DNA from: Blastocystis sp. subtype 4
Taxonomy: Eukaryota
Direction: 5' to 3'
NCBI RefSeq assembly: GCF_000743755.1
Contig: NW_014569467.1
Location: 1-36,665 of the forward strand
Length of the DNA: 36,665 nt
Shown in pieces: positions 1 to 11,428 of the stretch (positions are counted from its first letter, which is position 1; each line of letters starts with the position of its first letter). The notes beneath the pieces are model-generated. The model was not told where the DNA came from. It saw only the letters and a program-made list of their open reading frames with translations, and ran no database searches. Position numbers and translations under genes: made by a program.

Positions 1-195
1 AGCGAGCTTCTGATAGTACTTCTCAACAATGTTGGCAGCAGTCTTCTTGACAGTCTTAGTACGCACACGACCCTACAAACAAAATTAGATTCCATCCAAC
101 GAGCAAGAAATGCGAGTTATAGGTTTTCTTAGGTATGGTGGAAGAAACCCTATAACTTTGACCCATAACCCTCATATCTTCACACATCCTACCAT
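1..195 (-). CDS. RPS17: 40S ribosomal protein S17 (eS17), 5' part; runs off the window edge
   Basis: ATG at 195-193, GT-AG intron 192-73, then GRVRTKTVKKTAANIVEKYYQKLA, the conserved eS17 N-terminus. Confidence 0.95.
115..157 (-). repeat. 16-bp inverted repeat (1 mismatch, 11-nt loop) inside the RPS17 first intron
   Basis: Arms are agttataggttttctt (115-130) and aagaaaccctataact (142-157); 15 of 16 positions are complementary. Confidence 0.9.
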
Positions 196-376
196 GACTC
201 AGGCTAATACAAATTCCTCAATAGGTATTTGACGTTCTCAGAGATGGATGGCGAATGAACGAGACGGTATTCACGGGAATAGCCTCATTTCATCTGATTC
301 TCTAGACTATTTCATTCTTGCCCTGATAATGTCCTATCTAGGGAGGCTAATTCATTCGGGGACAATTGTAAGGAGT

Positions 377-1044
377 ATGTCATCGTTGAGCAGAGTAATG
401 CGTCCTTCAAGCATTTCTCTTGGCTCGTATGTTGATCGGAACTTGTCCGTGTCATTTAATCCCAAAATTACCGTGCAAGCTAGATATTTTGCCAAGTGGG
501 CGAAATCTGTAGTGACGCATTCTTTGTTCTGATTGAGTAGACAACAGCACTAGCGGTCGTTGATAATAAGAAAAACCCGAATATGCAGCTGAATAAAGGA
601 CCTCGAAGGGCTTTTACCAAATCAAAGCCTATGCCAATTCGTACTCGTCGAATGGTTCAAATCAGTCGTCTTGTGAACGGTCTCCCAGTTCCCGATGCTC
701 TCCAACAATTACGTTTCTGCAACAAGAAGCAATATCCGTTAGACAAGGTAATTCACAATGCAAGCAATCTTATGAGTATTCGGTATGGTTTACAACCTAA
801 TGAGTTGATGGTCGAGTCTATTTGTGTGGGAACCTCCTTCATTAAGAAGGGTTTGGATATCAAAGGCCGTGGACACATGGGTCGCAAACGAAGATCGTAT
901 TCGAATGTGTATGTTATTGTGAAGGAGGGAAAGCCGAAACTGAGCGAATATGGTGAACGACGAAGAGCTGCAAAGTTGGAGAAGCAAGCTCGTATCAAGA
1001 GAGAGTTCCAGGAAAAGAGAGATAAGGCAATTGAGTTCATTTAA
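377..1044 (+). CDS. MRPL22: Mitochondrial/MRO-type ribosomal protein L22 (uL22m)
   Basis: Presequence-like exon 377-508, 32-nt intron 509-540, then L22-like core (VNGLPVPDALQQLRF; KGRGHMGRKRRSYSNVYVIVKE). TAA is followed by 4 nt and TGCTTGTT (1049-1056). Confidence 0.85.
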
Positions 1045-1073
1045 GTTTTGCTTGTTTTAAACAACAATTAAGC

Positions 1074-1778
1074 TTACAGATTATTAATAGCAGACTCGAT
1101 AGACCCAGACTGGAAGCGCGATAGACGTAAATTCGCACTTTGCAACACATGACCCTTAGAATCAGTTCCCGTCCATACCACAAAGATTTGCAGGTCGCAA
1201 CTATCTGGATTATCAGAACAGGTAGATTGAGTCTCAAAACAGTTCTCTCCAGCATATGCACCTAGTTCGTCCGAGGGCTGAATAATGGTAACACCACCAT
1301 CATCAAGGACAGAATTCTGACGACAAGAAGCCGGGAAACATGTGTGACAACCATCATCCCAAGTGATGCTATAGAGTGTTCCTTTATTCAGTGTGATGAC
1401 GGCGGTAAGAACCTTGAATGCAGAATTCTGGACCATCGAACCTGTATACAGTTTAGGAACGGATCGAACGGTAACTTCCTCTTCTGTGGATCCTGTTGAC
1501 ATTACTGCATGCAATTGGATATATGTTGCATTGCTCTTCATTGATAAAGACTTAGCATACACTATTTCGTAAAACACAGAGAAAAGAGTTGTACATCCTT
1601 TATATACAAATCTTTCGTATTCATCCACAGTAACATGGAAAATAGAACGTTCGTTGCCATTTAGAGTCGCCATAAGGTAGTACTGCGGAGAGTCTTTTGA
1701 TGCTTTGGATTCTGTCTTCCCGAGAACCCCAGCATCAATTCCACTGAAAAGAATGAGAAGAAGGAATAACGTATTCAT
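1074..1778 (-). CDS. Secreted cysteine-containing protein, Expp1-like
   Basis: Intronless 234-aa ORF with a signal peptide. Motifs VITLNKGTLYSITWDDGCHTC and CDLQIFVVWTGTD resemble plant Expp1-type proteins (from recall). Confidence 0.7.
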   Translation of the reverse strand: MNTLFLLLILFSGIDAGVLGKTESKASKDSPQYYLMATLNGNERSIFHVTVDEYERFVYKGCTTLFSVFYEIVYAKSLSMKSNATYIQLHAVMSTGSTEEEVTVRSVPKLYTGSMVQNSAFKVLTAVITLNKGTLYSITWDDGCHTCFPASCRQNSVLDDGGVTIIQPSDELGAYAGENCFETQSTCSDNPDSCDLQIFVVWTGTDSKGHVLQSANLRLSRFQSGSIESAINNL

Positions 1779-1840
1779 GATTGTGAGTATCGTGTTTGGC
1801 TTTCCTCAACAAACACACCAAATATCGCTAAGGTACAAAC

Positions 1841-2834
1841 TTATGACTTTTCTAGTTTGAAGACAGGAAGTCTTGCATAACAGGCCTTGCAATACGGAAG
1901 ATCATCTCTCTCATACTGCTCTCCTTGAGCAATCGAACGACCACAAGAAGTACATTTGAAACACAACTTATGGTAGGAGTGACCATGGAATGTAAGTAAC
2001 TCGGCGGGATACACAGTCTTTCCACAAGTAGCACAAGTGATTCTAGTGGGCTTGAACGACTCTTGAATCGCCTCAGCTGCCTTACTCATCGTCTTGGCCT
2101 TTTGTACATTCTCCTCACGACGATATCCCTCTTTCTCCTCATAAGCAGCCTTGTTGGGGCGTGTTCCATAGAGCTGTTCGTAACAAGCAGGACAGAGAGG
2201 CTTGTTATTGTGATCACAATAGTCACCTCCTCCAATGATAACACCACAGTTCACACACTTGAAACACAGTTTGTGATATACCTGACCAAGAGCAGTCAGA
2301 CGCTCTGTAAACAGAACATCCTTTCCACAAGTAGGACAAATAGGTCTATCAGATGTTGTATCAATCACCACAGTTTCCTTCTCTCCCTCTCTGTTGAACG
2401 TAATTTTGCCTCCAATGAAGTAAGGACCCTCAAATTCAGGAAGTTGAGCAGAATAACGACCAACAGACAGAATGCACATACAGACCTTCTTGAAGTTCTT
2501 CAACTCATACAGATCACTCACACAGAACAGATCCATCTCAGGACATCCGATACTTCTAGCAAAAGCAATGAAACCACTAACATTCTCACGCTCGAGGAAC
2601 ACTGGACCCACATTGATCTATTTATCACTCAAACCGACCAAACTGACTCTACGAATAGAATTCGGTCTGATCTTGTTGGCTAAGTTACAAAGAACAACAC
2701 CATTCTGAAGAGCGTTCTGAAATTCATCCTCATCGTCAGGATATTGCTCGCCCATAACCTCTTGCATCCACTCTCGAGTAACCTACGGTTAGGATCATGG
2801 CCCTTAAAGCCCCTACAATCCAATGATCCGACAT
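1841..2834 (-). CDS. Calponin-homology + two LIM domain cytoskeletal protein
   Basis: Splicing two short introns (one at 2647-2618) gives a CH domain (ALQNGVVLCNLANKIRP; DLFCVSDLYE) and two CxxC..YHKLCFKCxxC..CxxC LIM repeats. Confidence 0.9.
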
Positions 2835-3081
2835 CGTGAGTCAATAGAATCCTAGAAAGATAGTAAAATAAAACTGGAATCAATAATCCTAACGGAACAG
2901 TGCATGTCGTTGCGCATTAATCAAAATAAACTTTATCATCAGAAATGCCACACAATCGTGTAAAGGTTGTCGTATAATACCCTATAATGGAACCTAAAAA
3001 AGGCACCAGGATCATTATGGAATGATTAAGAAATGATGGAGAGGACCATTCATGTTTTGTAAAAAAAAATTCAAACTAAAT

Positions 3082-3489
3082 TTAACGGATCATATCCTTA
3101 ATGTAGGAATAGTTAGGTCCATCTGTGATGTAAACAGGATGCATCGCATTTCGAAGAAACTCTCTCGATTTCCCAGTATTTCCGTGTCTCCTTCCAGCTC
3201 GATATCGTTTTAACTATCACTTAAACCCATTTCTTGTTTCCACCTTTCCCGAACCAGTGAATGAGAATCGCTTTGTAACGCTCTTCTTTGACTTTCCTGC
3301 ACTTGCAAAATCGCGGACGAACTATACAGTTACTTTCTCTTTATGTGACTACCATAGGGTTGTAGAACATGGTGTCTAGTGTTGAAAAGGCGGGATATAG
3401 ACTTCGAGTCACTGCGATTGCTGATTTGACAAAACTACGAGGATTATGCCTCCCTTCAAATGAGAATAATACAATTGGATCGAATTCAT
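3082..3489 (-). CDS. MRPL35: Mitochondrial/MRO-type ribosomal protein L35 (bL35m); absent from the ORF track
   Basis: Splicing three short introns gives ...KSKKSVTKRFSFTGSGKLKRYRAGRRHGNTGKS..., matching the bL35 KRFxxTGSGK..xAGxRH pattern, after a presequence-like N-terminus. Confidence 0.8.
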
Positions 3490-3526
3490 TGTGATTCAAC
3501 AAAGTCAAAAGGAGAAGTAGAAATCA

Positions 3527-5197
3527 CTAAAATACACTACCAAGATAGGACCGTCCTAAGCACTGGGAAAACGAAGCGATCTGATAACGCTTTCTAAGAT
3601 CCAATAGAGTTCGTCGCATAATCTCGCGAGTTTCACTCTTCTTGGATCTCTTCAGGGACAGATAACTATTCTTAATTTCTGAACTACGAATGAGGATAAA
3701 TCGATACTTATACGAGGGATGCATAATATCCATAGCAAACGTATTTAGGAGAATATACCACTTTGATGCTAAGAGTCACTTAATGATCCAACCTTTACAT
3801 TTGAAACGCAATTCTTCGATCAATGCTTGCTTATTATATCCATAGTTGAATAACAAGGGATTGTAGAGTGGAGTCGATGGAGAGTGCCGTAGCAGTACAT
3901 AAGGTTCTTGTCCAATTGATCGAAGACAGTTGAGTTGAGCAATTGTTCCATTCAACACGAACCAGTCCGCACAAATATAATCATGTGTATACAGACCTTT
4001 CTTAGTACGTCTGCACTGCCATTTTAGAATACATGAAGTTAGCTCGCTTTTGGTAGCTGGCATTCGTTGCCTACATCTACTTGTAAAACCTCAAGCCTTC
4101 ACATACAGATCCGTACAATTATTAATCGTCATACAGTTACTAGGATTGATATAGTAATAATTGAAGAAGAAAATTGGTAGAATGATGACAGAATCTGGAT
4201 CCCGAAGGATGAAGTCAGGAATACGCATCATTTCCTCTTCTACATTCCCTAAGAGTAAGTTTGTCACCATATCAATACAGGCTGGCCAAGCATCAATATC
4301 GAGCATGATATAATGCGTGGTACGAACTAGAGAAATACCAATATTCCTCAAAACATTGATGGGATAGTTGCTGAAAGAGTAACAATCTTCCGTCACATTG
4401 TAAACAATGAGTTGAACATTCCTTCTTAGCTGTACCTGTGATAATTCGTTTTCAATTTGCATAATTTCATTTAATGAATTACTGTAGAGAACACAAATAA
4501 TGGGTCTACAACATCAGACACAATACATGCTGACACCCCTTCCAACGTTGCTGAAGGAAAGGTAACATGAAAATACGATTACTACTTGCTATAGTCACAA
4601 TTGTAAATGACGCCGTAGTATAGTTATCGGGAATGTACTGTGCTAAACCTCAATTCGCATTTCCACTCTTACTGGGACCAATGTGTATACCCGATAACGT
4701 ATTGTTTTTGAAAGTGTATGTATTCCTACATCGATTTTCCTTCTCCTCTAGGGCCAGTTGCTTTGTCATATTATCGGCCTTCTCAATTTCAACGGCACTT
4801 CCCCACCTTGTCTTTTGTCGTAAATGGTCCTGTGGAGTATCCTTAATAATGCATAGCGGCATTTGCCTCTTTTTCAGGTTCAAAATAAGTGTATATTGCT
4901 CCGAAGTCAACGTTCTTTCTGATAGCAATAATTGATCATCTGTTGTAGAATGATTACTGCTGGATACCGCATTAGACGAATTGTTTTGAGCAAACGGAGT
5001 AGTAAGCAACAAGGAAGATGATGTGCTCTGTAGACTACGAATTACCGTACCTATTGATTGAAAATGGTCAGTAACATGAAAACTACTATTACTGACCGAA
5101 TCTAGCACACACAAGCTATAGATTGAATCTTAATAACCATAATCTACATCGAATACACAAAAAGGAGTAACCAAAAGAAAACAACATGAACTGACAT
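3527..5197 (-). CDS. Glycosyltransferase family 49 (LARGE/B4GAT1-like), multi-exon
   Basis: Hydrophobic N-terminus; motifs RWKG, YPINVLRN, YIMLDIDAWP (DxD), EPYVLL and FNYGYNKQ are typical of GT49. The 3' end is approximate. Confidence 0.8.
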
Positions 5198-5618
5198 CGA
5201 AGATATGTTTATCTCAAGAAAATGGAACACCGACAGAAAACGGTTTGTCGCGGGGATTTATACACTTTGATAAAACTCTATTGATTCTTTGTTTCATTGT
5301 TCATTCTCTTGACATTAATCAGAATACAAGTGGATCTACACGACAACTATAAAACTATTCTGCTTAGGTATCCAGAAGAAGAGAACTAGAATGATACACA
5401 TTATCCCCGTGGTTCTGTATGATAGACTAGCTCCTATTTTTACTGGAGTCCAATTCTCAACAACGGACACTCTTAACAAAGGTAATTAGAATTCACTCAG
5501 AGAATTCTCATTTTTTGACCATTTTCGAATTCATTTGACACAGATTCGAGATTACTATTGTATTGTCCAACTTGTTTTGTGGAGTGTGAATTTGAGTTAT
5601 AACAAACCCATTAACCAA

Positions 5619-7153
5619 CTATTTTCTATGACTATCCAAAAAGGACTTGATGCGAGTTACAACCGATTGCATAGCCGGTGCCTTCGGATGTTGGACTCCC
5701 TTCTCGTCCTTTCCAAACTCAGTAATCAATCGACGCTGTTCCTCTGTAATATTTTTCGGAATATGCACATCGAAGGTAATAATCTGGTCTCCCACAAAAG
5801 TCGAACGCATCGGACGAATACCTTTACTCCGCAGTCTCATCTTAGTATTGCATTGGGTACCCGCGGGAACATGGACATCAACAGCACCACTTAACGTTGG
5901 TACTGTGATTGTTCCTCCTAAAATAGCTGTCGTCACAGAGATGGGAACATTGCAATAAATATCAGCTCCACGACGAGAAAAGAATGAATCAGGTTCAACC
6001 TACACATTAATGCCAATTCTCTCATCCACTTGAACATTAATATACAGGTTACCCGAACTGCCGCCCTGAGGACCCTTGTTTCCCTGACCGACCAATCGAA
6101 TCGTATCACCATTATCAATTCCCGCAGGAATCTTTACAGAGATTGTAGACACGGAGTGCTGAGTACCTGAACCATGGCATTTCGTACAGACATCTGTGTT
6201 GATCGATCCTGAACCATTACAGCGAGGACATGGTGACATGGACATCATGATTCCACGATTCGACTATTGATTATTGTCTCCAGTTAGCCTTACATAGATC
6301 ATTCCCTTTCCTTTACATTGAGGACACTGCTGTTTCTGATTATTAGGTCCCGTACCGCTGCCATGACACATAGAGCACTCAACTTCTTTTGACACACGCA
6401 AATCTCGTTGACCTATGTTACACTTAGATACCAACATATACAGCCATTGATGCCATCAAGGAAGGGAATACTAATCGAGACGGCAATGTCGGATCCACTG
6501 TTATTCATTTCACCTGAATAACCACCGAATCCATCGAATCCTCCAAACCCACCAAAACCGCCATAGCTACGGGCCTCTCCTCCAAAGATATCGGCAAAAT
6601 GACGTAGGAGTTCATCCATGTCAACATTTGCTTGACCATAGCCAGCTCCATTGTCGTTTACACCCATTTCACCAAATTGATCATAACGAGCTCGTTTCTC
6701 GTCATCTTTCAGAACTTCATATGCCTCACTCACCTCAATAAACTTCTGTTTAGCATTTTCGTCTCCCTACAAATCAGTACAAACTGTTAATACGTACTTT
6801 ATTCTGATCTGGATGGTATTTCTTAGCTAGTTCAAAATAGTGTTTCTTGATCTCAGCTTTTGAAGCATCTCTCGGAACACCTAGAACCTATTCAATAAAC
6901 ATTCTACAATGTCCAAATACTTCATAGTAGTCCCGTTTGAAAGAAGGATTGGTCGAATGGAATTCTCGGAAGAAGAGCGGTCGCATCTACACATAAACGA
7001 TGAAAGCTTTGAAACTACATATGATACAGGAAGGTGTGACAAATTCGCACATAAACTAGGATAAACAACCTGTGTAGCAAATTGAGGAGTAACATAAAAC
7101 ACTCTGGCACTCCTTTTCAGGATTTGGGCACTTTTGCTACCAACTCGAAACAT
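5619..7153 (-). CDS. Mitochondrial type I DnaJ/Hsp40 (Mdj1/DNAJA3-like)
   Basis: Presequence, J domain ([25 protein letters not shown]), G/F-rich region, CxxCxGxG repeats and DnaJ C-terminal domain. Confidence 0.92.
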
Positions 7154-7441
7154 GGTTTGGAAAAATTGGAGTTATGAATTGTTCCAGAAAAGTCGAAACA
7201 GCGTTGTTTCCACGATTCTGGAAACAACGAATTGTTTGTTTAGTGTGTTATACTAGGGATATCATCTTAACTACAGACCTGGTGAGCGGTTATCTGCTTT
7301 ATCTAAGGAATGATCATTGTCAAGGGATTATATTAGATTGTATTATGTATGAAGGGGGAGATAGTATTAGTACAGAAAGGAGGTGGTTCTATTCTTTGAG
7401 ACACTTGTCAACTTGACAAGTCTTCCCATGTGAGTCAAAAG

Positions 7442-9408
7442 ATGTTCTGGAATGATCATCCAAGACGAGACGATACTGAAGTCACTAAGTATCTTCACGC
7501 TCTCGATGCCCTAAGTCAGAAAACTAATTCTACAACTATACGGAGTCTAATTTCGGCAATTCTAGGTGATAGTCTATGTATATTCATTCATTAGTAGAAT
7601 GGTCTCTCGATTGTGACTCCTCTGAAGAGATCCAACTGATTCGGAAATTCCAAACGATGATATCTTCTCAGAGCGATTCTTTTGCATATGAACTGCTTCC
7701 TTATATCTTTCATTGTCTGGAAGTTGATGATCCGGAGTTGACGTGTGAAGTATTCTAGATCTCTATCTCGAATTGTAGTCAACCCAATTACTGAATTCCA
7801 TTATTCAGTCATCGACTTCTGTTGTTTTGATCAGTTCCATCTATAATACATTACATACTATCTATTCTACGCATGCTTTTCAGGTTCGAAAATCCATCGC
7901 ATCCTTCATTCCATCTCTGTACAATCAGTTCGTTCATCTCCAATCCTCCAGTTCGTTTCAACCAATAACCACGAATACCCTTGTTGAGTTACGCACTATC
8001 TACTTCAATCTGTGTGAGGATAGTCGTCTGCTTGTGCGTCGGGAGGCTTCTCGCCAGCTGTTGGATTGTTACCAAGCTTTTGGTGACTCCCATTTCTCCA
8101 AGTTTTTGACTCTCTTAAAAGCCTTCCTCAATGATGATGTAGGGAATAACGGAGGGAATTATCCTAGGATTCAATACGAATCATCGTTCTTCCATACATT
8201 CCTAGTCTCCTTCCTCATTGTTCTGATCCATCACATATTGGAACCCTACTGCATCTCTACAAGGAAGCTCTTATCTCACGCTCCCTGCGGGTTCAGGAAG
8301 CAGCTGTGAGGATCCTCCAGGAAGTGGGTGACTGTCTTCCCATCGACGATTTCTGTTCGTCACTGCTTGACTCAGTTATTTCGCTCGCTCGGGAATCATA
8401 TCCTACAATTCGATTGATTGTGTTGAAACATCTTCTATGGTGAGTAATGATTGTGAAGATGAATCCAAGGGTTCAACAAACCATTCCTGACTCTCTCTTC
8501 ATGGAGAAGTTCTTTCCTTACTTGGAGTCATTCATTACTGAGAATGATGTTTCTATGAGTGAGGCTATCACTCCACTTGTGGTATCACTGATGAAGACTC
8601 ATCGAGATGAAACGCAACCCCTTTTCGATCAGCTATTACAGAAGCAACACGATGGAGTACGGATGTTCTGTTTACAACACTATGATTCTGCTATTCACAG
8701 TGACTCTGCTATCGAGTTTCTTATTCTTTCACGAGATCTTTCTCGATGCATATGGAGAGTTAGTTTGTATCCTTCTCTCAATGTTAGATTCGTGAAGCCA
8801 TCGCCTTAGCAATCGATTCTCTTCTTCAAGCTGCACAATCCACGCAATCGCTTCACATTGCTCGTCTTATCGATCTGGTACAATCATGATTGCTGATTGA
8901 TACACAGTACATCTCGTTGTTTGGGGATCCTATAAGTGCAGTTCGGAAGGCATGCACAGATTCAATTCAGAACGTGATTGAGGTGATGGGACCTGAGTAT
9001 GTCATCTCTCGAATACTTCCAGAGGTTCGTACTCTCTATGAAACGGCTGGATATCTTGTGAAGGGAAATTTGCTCATGATGCTTCAGAATGTCCTTTTAT
9101 CACCATCGATGATCCCGTTTCAGGATGTATTTATTCAAGATAAGCGAATTATCATCGATGAACTCTCTGTTCCTGATACCATGGATTATGATTCATAGAA
9201 CTCCATTCCAAATATGCGATTCATAGCCTGTAGAGTTATTTCCAATACCTATAATCTCTTTCCTGAAGAATATAGGCGAGACTATGTTGTTGTCCTCTCC
9301 ATGTTTGATTGGTGTAGATTCTCCCGAAACTTCATTCGATGGCACGAGATGAAGATGGCGATGTACAGTTCTATTCGGCTCTGGCTCTGAAGACTGTGGT
9401 TGCCTCAT
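7442..9408 (+). CDS. HEAT-repeat protein similar to the PP2A scaffold A subunit; stop probably made by polyadenylation at 9408
   Basis: HEAT motifs (LCEDSRLLVRREAS, WRIREAIA, DPISAVRKAC, IPNMRF) and C-terminal DEDGDVQFYS resemble PP2A-A. Start is approximate; the genomic stop would be at 9426-9428. Confidence 0.75.
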
Positions 9409-9412
9409 CGCT

Positions 9413-9420
9413 TGTTTGTT
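9413..9420 (+). terminator. GU-rich polyadenylation element TGTTTGTT
   Basis: Exact motif, 4 nt after in-frame T9408. Exact copies also lie at 19363, 30640, 32014 and 33995 (+) and at 1808, 11412, 25518, 27350, 28181 and 35306 (-), each near a gene 3' end. Confidence 0.85.
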
Positions 9421-9522
9421 ATCAATAACCGTGGAACATGTTTTTTCGTCACAAACAAGATGTTATCCCGGTTAATCCCTTTCTCACGGTCTGTGGGAAG
9501 GCGTTACTGTGATTGAAAGAAA

Positions 9523-10260
9523 ATGAAGATGATATGTAGTGTCAAAACACCTAGGACGTGTTATCACCAGTCAGTCTGCCTATTTAGTGAGTGAAGAGAC
9601 ACCCGTATGTTTCGCCAATACTAGTTCATGATTGTAGCTGACCAAGTTCTTTACTCGAACACCGAAGTTAGAAGAGGTTGAGAAACGCAAGTTGTGGATT
9701 AACGAAGCCATGGAACAGTTGCTGAGTTGATTTACTTCTCATGTCTAGAATGACGTCTGTAGACGATGCTACTGCAATTCTGAGACGATTTCAGGAGAAT
9801 CATTACCCTGTAAATGAAAAAGCCTTAAGTATAAATGTGGAAACGATGTCATTTCTTAGATGCCTTTATATTCAATGGAATGAAGATTGATGTAAACAAG
9901 ACAGTTAATAGTGAGTTATAGCATACATTCATTATATTTAGCACTTTGTGACTCTTCTCTCAAGTTGAAACCCAGTGATTATGCAGTAAACATTCTAATG
10001 GTTGTTATGGATATTATGTGATAATGTTTAGCGTCGTCTTTCGGAATCAGGAGAAGGAGATTGTCAACAGAGTGCGACCAGAGTGTACTGTTCATAAATA
10101 GGATTGAATGACCATCTGGAGCAAATGCGAAAGGAAGAAACAAAAGAAGAAGATGAGGTATACACTCCTTATGAACATCTTCGAACGGTTATTGAAGACT
10201 CTGAATTCTATGCTTTGGAGTACATGGTGGATGTAGATCGGGATATTTTAGGCAAACAAT
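9523..10260 (+). CDS. Hypothetical multi-exon protein
   Basis: Open stretches separated by ~30-nt GT-AG segments. The last exon (EEDEVYTPYEHLR...DILGKQ) is followed by T, 4 nt and TGTTTGAT. Exon structure is not fully resolved. Confidence 0.5.
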
Positions 10261-10288
10261 CACATGTTTGATTAAAAAAACAATCCAA

Positions 10289-11245
10289 TTACTCTGCAAT
10301 CGCAGTGATATAAGGGGCTAGTTCATCTTCTGAGAGCTCCTTGAAATCTTGATCGACACCAACAATTGCTACACTGCAATTTTCCTTCGTTAGCTTCTGT
10401 ACATCAATCTAACTTCCATTCCCTACAGAGTCTCCCTGAACACATCCTTTCAAAGAAAGCAGTGCATGACGAATCAGATCATCGATAGACACTACCAATC
10501 AATTTCCATTCCTTCATGTACAATCATCACTTACAGATACCATGTTGGTATCATCGTTCATGAACTGACGAGACAGATATGTTTTAGCGCTCTGACAACG
10601 AGAACCAATGGCCGTTGCACTATATTCAACATACTCCCCTGAAGGAGCTGTGTGGAAGAGATGTGGTCCCTTTGACTACACGATTAGCGAAAAATGACAG
10701 TGCCACATCGACTCCAGCGATCAACAGTCCAACACCATAGGGACGACGCTGATACGTTAGTGTGCAGAAATGCTCTTCTATGGCTCAAATATCATCCCTA
10801 TTTCTACTGTCAGCCACTTGACGTACAAGCATTTCTACAGGCATTTTTCTTCCGTAAATGAATTCATGTTCCATACACTCCGTTCTCATATATCTAGATC
10901 TGATTCCTACCACTCACATTCCACTTTGAAAGAGCTCGTGCATCCGCTGTCAAACCGGACATTGCCATTCCCATGTGCTTATCGATTTCTACTATCTTCT
11001 TCTGGTATGTAGCAAGTTCATTTGGTCTTCTATCGATAATCCACGTTCATTCTATTCAGACCTTCTGAAAGCACTAAGCACAACATATTTATTCGTTCGA
11101 ATTCCACAACATGCACTTCCCTGTTTCTCAGCTTCTGAAGCATACTTAACCTAGTTGTCACTGATGAAAGAGAAGATGATACCTGGTGCAGTTTTCCTTC
11201 TGGACTCCACACTGTAACGTCCGTATCATACTTGTTTCCGTACAT
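10289..11245 (-). CDS. PSMA1: 20S proteasome subunit alpha type 1 (alpha6/PRE5)
   Basis: [48 protein letters not shown]; split by short introns. Confidence 0.92.
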
Positions 11246-11428
11246 TTTCAATTCAATATAGTCAGATAGAGCTCTTTGAAGGAAAAGAAGAATTGACCAA
11301 AATCAAAGGTATTTTGATAGGTATCTTGTTTGTATAGATATTGCCTGTATGCATCACTCCCATAACGAAAAAGATATTTGAGGGAGGACTGAAGAAAAAG
11401 AGGGAGATGACAACAAACATGCGATTCT

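Noticed and set aside
236..305. Possible C/D snoRNA between RPS17 and MRPL22
   Set aside because: CTGA and a weak terminal stem are present, but there is no convincing box C.
2063..2683. Long antisense ORFs (also 15320-15808, 18732-19397, 28100-28519)
   Set aside because: They are shadows of real genes on the opposite strand and show no recognisable motifs.
5428..5445. tagctcctatttt shared with the RPS23 intron (~28766)
   Set aside because: A 13-nt match is expected by chance in 36 kb of AT-rich sequence.
8767..8775. GTATCCTT resembling a U12 5' splice site
   Set aside because: It lies inside an ordinary GT-AG intron whose upstream GT restores WR-IREAIA.
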